Source of the DNA: a virus
Taxonomy: Duplodnaviria > Heunggongvirae > Uroviricota > Caudoviricetes
Length of the DNA stretch: 34,231 nucleotides
IMG/VR virus record: IMGVR_UViG_3300035655_000051
Location: 1 to 34,231 of that record
Strand: one strand, 5' to 3'
The translations under genes and the position numbers were made by a program. Below, piece after piece: positions 27,056 through 33,807 of the stretch; positions within the stretch are counted from its first letter, which is position 1; the number at the start of each line of letters is the position of its first letter. Below the pieces are notes generated by a model. That model saw only the letters and a program-made list of their open reading frames with translations. It was not told where the DNA came from and made no database searches.

Positions 27056-27212
27056 TTGGGAACTCCTTTCTTAGAAAATCATAGCAGGCTTTTTTGAATT
27101 CGCATCCTTCGCAATCAAGATTGGCTGCCACTCTTGCATTACATGTCTCTTCTACGCCTTGATTTTCCGCTACAAACTTATTATAGTTATCGAATGAATA
27201 TCGGTGACTCAT
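27033..27212 (-). CDS. Hypothetical protein, 59 aa (MSHRYSF...CEGCEFKKAC...)
   Basis: Translated by hand; GGAG SD. Confidence 0.65.
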   Translation of the reverse strand: MSHRYSFDNYNKFVAENQGVEETCNARVAANLDCEGCEFKKACYDFLRKEFPNVDLHDR

Positions 27213-27225
27213 TACGCTCTCCTCC

Positions 27226-27405
27226 TTAACATGGAATGCCTCCTGACTTTTTTAAAATTTCCCATTCACATGGATAATCATCATTGTATGGAGTGACAAA
27301 CCGAGTGCAAAATTCACGATACATACAATCGTCGCAATTTTCAGATTGTGTGCATTCATTAATAAAATCCAATAATGCAACTTCTAAATCTTTTGGATGT
27401 GTCAT
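27226..27405 (-). CDS. Cys-rich hypothetical protein
   Basis: AAGGAG SD before MTHPK. Confidence 0.7.
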   Translation of the reverse strand: MTHPKDLEVALLDFINECTQSENCDDCMYREFCTRFVTPYNDDYPCEWEILKKSGGIPC

Positions 27406-27439
27406 TTGACTTTCTCCTTCCATTTTAATATATATTTTC

Positions 27440-27514
27440 TGGTTGCGCTGGTGTGAGTTGAACACACGATAGGGAGGTCAAAGCTCCCGGCCTTTACCGC
27501 TTGGCTACAACGCA
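27440..27514 (-). tRNA. tRNA-Gln(TTG)
   Basis: Cloverleaf TGCGTTG/CAGCGCA; anticodon arm GGGAG-CTTTGAC-CTCCC; CCA encoded. Confidence 0.95.
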
Positions 27515-27559
27515 TTATATAAGGCGGCACCCAGTGCTACCTGAGCACCGCCGAAGATT

Positions 27560-27664
27560 TTAAGTTTTAAATGTTGGACCATGGAAGAGATAGCCAGCCG
27601 CAAAAGAAGCTAACATCAATCCGCCCACAATCCAAATTGCTTTACTGATTTCAATCCAGATCAA
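27560..27664 (-). CDS. 34-aa single-TM peptide (MIWIEISKAIWIVGGLMLASFAAGYLFHGPTFKT)
   Basis: TTG start behind a GAGGTG SD that overlaps the SBP stop. Confidence 0.6.
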   Translation of the reverse strand: MIWIEISKAIWIVGGLMLASFAAGYLFHGPTFKT

Positions 27665-27675
27665 TCTGAATCACC

Positions 27676-29262
27676 TCAGTTCTCGATTCGCATGAAACTG
27701 ATATCCGTGGACTGATACACGCTTGCATCACTACTCAGAGCGCCAGCCGCCTTATCAGCCTGATACTTTGCATTGCCGGAACCAGTGACAATCAGTCGAT
27801 TCTGATCAATACCCTGAGATGCCAGATAGTTTGCAACGGTCTGAGCACGATTAGCAGAAAGCTGCACGCCAAACTCAGTCTGGTTATTCGCATTGATATT
27901 ACCGTTGATAACAATCATAGTGCCATCCAGAGTCTTAGCGATGTTCACGAAATCATTTAGAACAGAAGCAGCGCTGGCTTGATCGGTAAACACGGAAGAA
28001 TCTGGCACAAAAGTCACATTCGCGGTCTTGCTCAGCATAGAGTCATAGTCCAGATTGCCAGTAACCTGCTGAGTGATGTTTGCACGAGTCTCGTCGCTTA
28101 CAGTCACCTTCGTAGTAGCATTTGCAGCAGAAGTAGACCTGAAATCGCTCTTGAGCGCATCGATATATGTAGTATCAAACAGCGTATTTACGAGATCACG
28201 ATTAACGGTTTCACCCAGACCCTCCCAAATGTCGCACATCTGGTTATAAATCATCGGAGCGGTATCATTCAGAATATTGTAGTTGTCTTTCCAGCTTGCC
28301 ATCTTAGCGTTTGCATAAGTCGCATCAATATCGGCATCAGAAGAAGTAGAGTACATCGGGAACACTTCACGAGCTGCATTGTAATTGATAGGCTGGTCAT
28401 AAGACATCAGAATGCCCTGAACGAACTTCTTGACGGTATCTTCATGAGCCGCTGCCCAATCTGCGTCAAACACAATGCCGTCCATAACCAGAGAGGAGGA
28501 AGACTTCGTATCAAACACGACAGTGCTATTGGTGTAAGTCTTGGCCTGAGTCAGATAGGGTTCCCATGTTGCAGCCACATCAATCTGGCCAGCGAAATAT
28601 GCTTTAGCGGTATCGTCTGCGGTGCCGAACATAATCAGATTGTTCATGATAGTTGCCTTGTCAGCATCAGACAGACTGGAATTATTAACAAACCAAGCAA
28701 CCAGAGTCTCCGCCTCAGAGAACTCAGGGACACCGATCTTGGCATTGACCCACGAATTCACATCAGCGAACTTAGTAGAAGCGATGATACCGTCACCGCC
28801 ATAGCTGTAGTTGGTGAAAATCGGCATGATAACATTCTTGCCAGCGTCAGTAAACTTCTGAGACAAGAATGCCACACGGTTCGTAGTATAACCAGCGGCC
28901 TGCAGGTCACCAGAGATCAGAGCGTTACTGGACTCAGTCGCATCGTTGATGACATTGATATTCACCTTGATGCCGAGCTGATCAAACACAGAACCGGGCT
29001 GAGTAGTAAGACCGCCATTTGCCGTAACGCAACTCAGCCAGCCCGCCCATTCATCCAGAGACAGATTGATCGTATCATCCCCGGCGGAATTAGACGGCTT
29101 ATCCGTACTGATAGAAGTGCTCGGCTTCGAGGCTGTCGGCTTCTTTTTGTCGAACTTGATCACGCCGCCCTTAATGCCGCCAACAACACCAACAGCAACA
29201 GCCACAGCAAGCACCACGCCAACAACAGCGCGCCCAGCCTTAGTCAATTTGAACTTAGACAT
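27676..29262 (-). CDS. Membrane-anchored NMT1/THI5/SsuA-type substrate-binding protein fused to an OmpA-like C-terminal domain
   Basis: N-terminal TM; W.GW, SYGGDGII, ATWEP and D.IV motifs; C-terminal F..DS...I.G...LSANRAQTVANYL..GID.NRL...G.G. Confidence 0.88.
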   Translation of the reverse strand: MSKFKLTKAGRAVVGVVLAVAVAVGVVGGIKGGVIKFDKKKPTASKPSTSISTDKPSNSAGDDTINLSLDEWAGWLSCVTANGGLTTQPGSVFDQLGIKVNINVINDATESSNALISGDLQAAGYTTNRVAFLSQKFTDAGKNVIMPIFTNYSYGGDGIIASTKFADVNSWVNAKIGVPEFSEAETLVAWFVNNSSLSDADKATIMNNLIMFGTADDTAKAYFAGQIDVAATWEPYLTQAKTYTNSTVVFDTKSSSSLVMDGIVFDADWAAAHEDTVKKFVQGILMSYDQPINYNAAREVFPMYSTSSDADIDATYANAKMASWKDNYNILNDTAPMIYNQMCDIWEGLGETVNRDLVNTLFDTTYIDALKSDFRSTSAANATTKVTVSDETRANITQQVTGNLDYDSMLSKTANVTFVPDSSVFTDQASAASVLNDFVNIAKTLDGTMIVINGNINANNQTEFGVQLSANRAQTVANYLASQGIDQNRLIVTGSGNAKYQADKAAGALSSDASVYQSTDISFMRIEN

Positions 29263-29290
29263 GTTATTCTCTCCTATTTAATTTTTGATT

Positions 29291-30121
29291 TTATTTCTTG
29301 GACTGAGTATTCAATCCAGACGACTTAGAAAACGCATTCAGGTCAGGAATATTATATGTAACCACATTCGGATTGCTCTTTTTCAGACTCTCTAAATACG
29401 AACTCACTTTATAATCAGCAGTGTTTGCGTCCGCCCTGTCCAGCTTTCCCTCTCGACTGGTCTGATACAAAACCTTTGCACCCGCAGCTTTTTCACGACT
29501 CTCCTGAAGTCCATCGCGAGTAGCATTGAGCATTTTATCAGTGCCGGTAGATGCACGCAGACGGTCCAGATTGGAATATACATCAGCAACCTGCTCGTTC
29601 GCCTTTAACTCAGCCACAACATCCTTGCTCTCACGCTTCAGGGCTGCCAACTGATTTTCAAGCTTTTCCTTGATTGCCTTGACTTCTTCCGCAGCAGGCT
29701 TCATCTTCTGGAACTGATCAGCCAGATTCTCAGCTTTATCGATCTCCTCCTGTAACAGTCGAGCGTAGGTTCGTGCAGATTCCACATCGCCGTGACTCAT
29801 GGCTGCCTTTGATTGTTCATCATATGTCTTTGCCTGCTTCTGACAGACAGCATAGTTATCTTGAATCGTCTTGAGTTTTCCAGTCAGATCTCGCAGAGTA
29901 TTACAGGCATCTGCGTATTTCTTAGTCATTTCATCGATTTTCTGAGCATAGATAGCACGGGCACCATCCGGCGTCTTGGCTGTATCCTGCACGAAAACCT
30001 GTAAGAAACCACCGGCTAATGCTTTAATCTGCTGACGGAATGACGGAAATAGAATTAAACTACCGACCGCAACAACACCAACACAGATAAGCGTAAACTC
30101 AGGGATTGTAAAAGAAAACAT
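29291..30121 (-). CDS. PspA/IM30-like coiled-coil protein with N-terminal TM
   Basis: TP..A......IDE, A..AM..GD.E.AR and long heptad pattern. Confidence 0.7.
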   Translation of the reverse strand: MFSFTIPEFTLICVGVVAVGSLILFPSFRQQIKALAGGFLQVFVQDTAKTPDGARAIYAQKIDEMTKKYADACNTLRDLTGKLKTIQDNYAVCQKQAKTYDEQSKAAMSHGDVESARTYARLLQEEIDKAENLADQFQKMKPAAEEVKAIKEKLENQLAALKRESKDVVAELKANEQVADVYSNLDRLRASTGTDKMLNATRDGLQESREKAAGAKVLYQTSREGKLDRADANTADYKVSSYLESLKKSNPNVVTYNIPDLNAFSKSSGLNTQSKK

Positions 30122-30723
30122 TACTGAGCACCATCCTTCCCGGCGGACTCCGTCTTATCCTCTTCGATAAATTCCTCAATAGAAGAAATCATCTTGAGTT
30201 CGTCCTGGACTGTGTTGGTGATCTTTTCAATGGCCGCACCAGCTTCAACGTTGCGATTAGTCAGCGCTTCAATCTGTTCCTTCATGGATTCAATCTGTTG
30301 GTCATTGCTCTTCATCTCGTCAAACAGAGCATTCATCTTGTCATTACCAACCGTCCGCAGGAGTTCCTTGCGCTGCTCTGCATCAGAAATAATCGTGGTC
30401 GCATCATAGCCCAATGTCGTCATCAGGTTTTTGACTGTTGCTCGCTTTGTCTTGGTGGGCATCTCAGACGGGAATGTATCGATCACATCCTTGATCTTGT
30501 AGACCGTTACGGCGTCGGCAGGATTCATACTATTGGCTTCGTAGACAGCTCCGATGTCAATCGTGTCACCCTCCGGGACCTCGGCCTGCACAGGAGTCGG
30601 CTGTTCGATATTAGGTCCAAAAGAGACACCAACATTCACGTCCGCTACTTCTGGCATTTCATACTCAGAAGTTACTTCCGACTCAACAAGACCGAGCTTC
30701 TCGAAAAAACTTTTCTTTGCCAT
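30121..30723 (-). CDS. Hypothetical coiled-coil protein (FFEKLGLVE N-terminus)
   Basis: TAATG coupling to the PspA-like gene. Confidence 0.8.
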   Translation of the reverse strand: MAKKSFFEKLGLVESEVTSEYEMPEVADVNVGVSFGPNIEQPTPVQAEVPEGDTIDIGAVYEANSMNPADAVTVYKIKDVIDTFPSEMPTKTKRATVKNLMTTLGYDATTIISDAEQRKELLRTVGNDKMNALFDEMKSNDQQIESMKEQIEALTNRNVEAGAAIEKITNTVQDELKMISSIEEFIEEDKTESAGKDGAQ

Positions 30724-30736
30724 AATTTTCTCCTCT

Positions 30737-30913
30737 TTAATCTTCTTCTCTGACTTCTATTGATATACAATGGTCGCTTCCAAATTCACTAAGGCCGCCA
30801 CCATAATACCAACCGTGAGACTCGACAAATTTTAAAAATATATCTGTAACATCATCCAGACTGATTTTATCTGGAACAGTTAGACAACCTTCAATCTCAA
30901 TTTCGTGTGACAT
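30737..30913 (-). CDS. Hypothetical protein, 58 aa (DUF469/YggL-like D.FL.FVE..GW.YGGG)
   Basis: Translated by hand; AAGGAG SD. Confidence 0.65.
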   Translation of the reverse strand: MSHEIEIEGCLTVPDKISLDDVTDIFLKFVESHGWYYGGGLSEFGSDHCISIEVREED

Positions 30914-30922
30914 AATCTCTCC

Positions 30923-31675
30923 TTACGAAAACTTCCACTTGAAAATCTTCTTGATACAGACGCTCGTAATCCAGTCAAACAGGATACTGAAAATCACAAT
31001 CGCCAGAATTCCAACAAATACCAACGTTGTGCGACCACGAGCAGACGAAGTATAGATCAGATACCCGATACCATACTTTGCATTCACCGTTTCCGCTACC
31101 GCGATATATGTCCAACCGATTGCGTACATTGTAGCGAATGATTGACAGATAGACGGAGCAGCGATCGGAAGAATAATTCGTGTGACCGTGTTAAATCTTC
31201 CTGCTCCATCGATGCTTGCTGCTTCAATCACGTCGTCACAGACATCATCTAGAGCGATCAGTACGCTTGGCAACATAAACACAAAGCTTGCCACAAACAA
31301 GAAGGCGATTTTCATTTGCTCCCCTATTCCGAACCACATCGTGAGCAGTGGATAGAAAGCGGTTACCGGTAGGAATCTCATCGCTCGAATCGCCGGATAC
31401 AACAGGTTTTGAATCGGATGACAGATTTTCATCAGACAACCAAGTGGAACTGCGATACCGGCACTCAGAAGAGCTGCTGCTGTGATGCGAATCAATGAAT
31501 ATCGAAACGCCTTCAACATCGTTCCGTTCTGAATCAGCAGAAAGAATTCACGAAACACAGCTCCTTTCTGGGGAACAAAAATTGGCGAAGTCAGAGCCGC
31601 GCCAATGTCCCAGATAATCGCCAACAGAATCAGAAGAATCACACGATAGATCCAATCTTTCTTCGTCGTTTTCAT
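30923..31675 (-). CDS. ABC transporter permease, SsuC/TauC type
   Basis: SLIRI, RFLP, WFGIGE, EAASIDGA (EAA loop), W...AE, GIGYLI. Confidence 0.93.
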   Translation of the reverse strand: MKTTKKDWIYRVILLILLAIIWDIGAALTSPIFVPQKGAVFREFFLLIQNGTMLKAFRYSLIRITAAALLSAGIAVPLGCLMKICHPIQNLLYPAIRAMRFLPVTAFYPLLTMWFGIGEQMKIAFLFVASFVFMLPSVLIALDDVCDDVIEAASIDGAGRFNTVTRIILPIAAPSICQSFATMYAIGWTYIAVAETVNAKYGIGYLIYTSSARGRTTLVFVGILAIVIFSILFDWITSVCIKKIFKWKFS

Positions 31676-31902
31676 GATTCGGTTTTCTCCTTTGGCGGGT
31701 CCTCTGGCAGAGGCATCCAATGTGTAACATTGTTTAAATACCAACATTCATTTGCATCACACCACTGGTTGTCATCATCAAGATAACCTTTGCGCTGTCC
31801 GCATTCTTCGTCATAAACCCAAACGACATCACTACAAGCCCACTTCTTATCTTCTTTAGGTGGTAAGGAGGTTTTTACGGAGATCCAATCACTTGTTTTC
31901 AT
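31672..31902 (-). CDS. DUF551-family phage protein
   Basis: WISVKTSLP...VTHWMPLPEDP. Confidence 0.88.
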   Translation of the reverse strand: MKTSDWISVKTSLPPKEDKKWACSDVVWVYDEECGQRKGYLDDDNQWCDANECWYLNNVTHWMPLPEDPPKEKTES

Positions 31903-31936
31903 TTTGATACCTCATAATATTTAATTTTCAAAAAAA

Positions 31937-32008
31937 TAGCCTGTACCGGAATTGAACCGATGTTTCCGCCGTGAAAGGGCAGCGTCTTCACCTCTTGACT
32001 AACAGGCC
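31937..32008 (-). tRNA. tRNA-Glu(TTC), CCA not encoded
   Basis: GGCCTGT/ACAGGCT; CTGCC-CTTTCAC-GGCGG; T-loop TTCAATT. Confidence 0.93.
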
Positions 32009-32011
32009 ATA

Positions 32012-32100
32012 TGGCGCGGCGAATCCGATTCGAACGGATGGAGGTTTAACCCTCAGAAGTTTTCAAGACTCCCGCATTAGACCAACTATGCTACCGCCGC
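32012..32100 (-). tRNA. tRNA-Ser(TGA)
   Basis: GCGGCGG/TCGCCGC, G73, long variable arm, loop CTTGAAA, CCA. Confidence 0.92.
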
Positions 32101-32138
32101 ATATAACAAGCCTTTTCACATCATGCTCGGGATGATTC

Positions 32139-32167
32139 TTGACAATTGCGTGACTCTGTGGTACACT
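32139..32167 (+). promoter_or_regulatory. Strong sigma-A promoter of the plus-strand peptide gene
   Basis: TTGACA (32139-32144), 17 bp spacer ending TG-G, TACACT (32162-32167). Confidence 0.8.
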
Positions 32168-32250
32168 GTCAGCCGATTCAATATCTCCTTCTTACGTCTT
32201 CAGTAACTGCAAAAATGTGTCAATAGACGCAGGAAGGAGGTGCGTTCTCT

Positions 32251-32352
32251 ATGAACAGTCGAATCTTTGGCGCTCTTGGTGTCGCTGGTTCTGTTTGTAG
32301 CATCATCGGCTTAGTTTTGATGGTGTGGCAAATGTTCCACGTCGCTATTTAA
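32251..32352 (+). CDS. 33-aa hydrophobic peptide MNSRIFGALGVAGSVCSIIGLVLMVWQMFHVAI, putative type I toxin
   Basis: AAGGAGG SD, own promoter and terminator, SD-sequestering 5' UTR, single TM. Confidence 0.75.
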   Translation: MNSRIFGALGVAGSVCSIIGLVLMVWQMFHVAI

Positions 32353-32356
32353 CGCC

Positions 32357-32393
32357 AACAGCTCAGTGGTTATGACCGCTGGGCTGTTTTTTT
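32357..32393 (+). terminator. Intrinsic terminator
   Basis: AACAGCTCAGTGGT-TATG-ACCGCTGGGCTGTT stem followed by a T run. Confidence 0.85.
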
Positions 32394-32406
32394 GTTGTCA
32401 AGAAAT

Positions 32407-32508
32407 TGGGGCAAACGGTAGGATTCGAACCTACAAGACGAGATGTTCTCTCATCCATCTGTTTATTAAAGCGCGCTCAGATGCCTAGTCCTATTCGGCT
32501 GCGTTTGC
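32407..32508 (-). ncRNA. tRNA-like RNA with a 16-nt loop in place of the anticodon loop
   Basis: Perfect GCAAACG/CGTTTGC acceptor plus CCA, canonical T-arm, long variable arm; ATCTG-AGCGCGCTTTAATAAA-CAGAT. Confidence 0.8.
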
Positions 32509-32521
32509 ATATAAAAGAGGA

Positions 32522-32806
32522 TTATTCGTCCTCTGTTTTTCTTTTCTCGATCTCTTTATCAACATCTTCCAGAAAGCTCATCCAGTTTTGAAGATCAAAT
32601 TCATCTCCAAAATCAAAGCCTTCATCCAGACGTTGGAGTAGATCTCGCTGAAAGCACCATAGCGTTTTATCTGTCAACTCGCTCAGATACGGTGTAATGA
32701 AATCGATCACAAGACCAGGCATATATGTTTTGCGCCCAACTGCGTATCGAACAGCACAATTACAAATGGCACCGAAGTCATCATTGTGCGGATCAATCAT
32801 TGCCAT
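32522..32806 (-). CDS. Hypothetical phage protein (CAVRYAVGRKTYMP)
   Basis: AAGGAG SD before MAMIDP. Confidence 0.75.
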   Translation of the reverse strand: MAMIDPHNDDFGAICNCAVRYAVGRKTYMPGLVIDFITPYLSELTDKTLWCFQRDLLQRLDEGFDFGDEFDLQNWMSFLEDVDKEIEKRKTEDE

Positions 32807-32966
32807 AATCTTCAAACTCCTTTTTGATTTGTTCCCGCTCAATACGTTTTAGACGAGCTTTTGCTAATTTACGATCAAATTTTTTGTCTGGCTTATATTG
32901 ATAATGCGGCCAGTCTTCATAGTACCAACTATCAAAAAGCCCTTTATACGTCTGCTGCTGTTTCAT
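32793..32966 (-). CDS. Small basic hypothetical protein
   Basis: GGGAG SD before MKQQQ. Confidence 0.6.
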   Translation of the reverse strand: MKQQQTYKGLFDSWYYEDWPHYQYKPDKKFDRKLAKARLKRIEREQIKKEFEDYGND

Positions 32967-33273
32967 TTGCAGTCTCCCACCAGATTTCATTTTCAGGAAC
33001 GGTTTCATCTTGTACAGGTGAATAATTCATCCAGTCAAATGAGATCATAGATTGCGCTTTGTCTTGCCGGAGCCGCTTAGTAATTTTGTTCCGTTTCCAA
33101 TTTGAACGCAGCCGTTCATCGACTTCGCTATAAGTTTTCGGATTGATTTTCATCTGATGAACGTTTGTTACAGCGCCGACCTTGATGATGTTGAACAAAC
33201 CGACTGCTTTATAGAATTCAGTCGAACAGGAACTTTTTACATAGTCCTCTGGTTTGAATTTCACGACGTTCAT
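32944..33273 (-). CDS. Hypothetical protein
   Basis: AAGGGG SD; ORF. Confidence 0.75.
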   Translation of the reverse strand: MNVVKFKPEDYVKSSCSTEFYKAVGLFNIIKVGAVTNVHQMKINPKTYSEVDERLRSNWKRNKITKRLRQDKAQSMISFDWMNYSPVQDETVPENEIWWETANETAADV

Positions 33274-33299
33274 AAAATCATCCCCTTGTCATTTGTATG

Positions 33300-33375
33300 T
33301 GGCAAGCCCATTCCGACTCGAACGGAAATCGACGGTTTTGGAGACCGCAACTTTAACCAATTAAGCTATGGGCCT
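33300..33375 (-). tRNA. tRNA-Trp(CCA)
   Basis: AGGCCCA/TGGGCTT; GCGGT-CTCCAAA-ACCGT; CCA. Confidence 0.94.
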
Positions 33376-33510
33376 ATATGATTGCTGTCTTTCCAGCCGC
33401 CATCGGTTTATGTTTTTGTTCCTTCCGCAGAACTACTAACAATACCATCACATCAGCCGTACGCGCTAATGCTGGCTACAATAGTTGCAACTCGAAAACT
33501 ACTTACCGCG

Positions 33511-33586
33511 TGGTGCAACCGGCGGGTTACGATCCCACTACCCCTTGATTAAAAGTCAAGTGCTCTACCGATTGAGCTACGATTGC
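33511..33586 (-). tRNA. tRNA-Lys(TTT) with atypical T-loop ATCGTAA
   Basis: GCAATCG/CGGTTGC; CTTGA-CTTTTAA-TCAAG; CCA. Confidence 0.9.
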
Positions 33587-33712
33587 ATATAAAAGTCGGC
33601 TTACGCACCCTCGCGAGTTGGCATCATCACCGATAATCAAGGCTGCCATTGTAATAGTAACAGCCCCTAAAAGGCTAATCCTTTGTTCTGCGCAATTTAA
33701 GAATCACTTACT

Positions 33713-33800
33713 TGGTAGGTCAGGTAGGATTCGAACCTACAACGTTTCTGATGTCACAGATTTACAGTCTGCTGCCTTCAACCATTCAGCACACTGACCT
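33713..33800 (-). tRNA. tRNA-Tyr(GTA)
   Basis: AGGTCAG/CTGACCT; GCAGA-CTGTAAA-TCTGT; long variable arm; CCA. Confidence 0.94.
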
Positions 33801-33807
33801 ATATAAC

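Noticed and set aside
27979..29328. Long plus-strand ORFs (449 aa here; also 17337..18251 and 25446..26237)
   Set aside because: Antisense shadows of well-supported minus-strand genes; no recognisable motifs
32195..32401. Dedicated antitoxin promoter (minus-strand TTGACA at 32223-32218 and 32401-32396)
   Set aside because: No acceptable -10 hexamer at 16-18 bp from either
32460..32476. Ochre suppressor anticodon (CT-TTA-AT) in the tRNA mimic, or genetic-code reassignment
   Set aside because: Not in a 7-nt loop; genes read through in the standard code with TAA widely used as stop
32406..32591. 61-aa plus-strand ORF, and similarly 33157..33381
   Set aside because: Reverse complement of tRNA or tRNA-like sequence (GFEP pattern)
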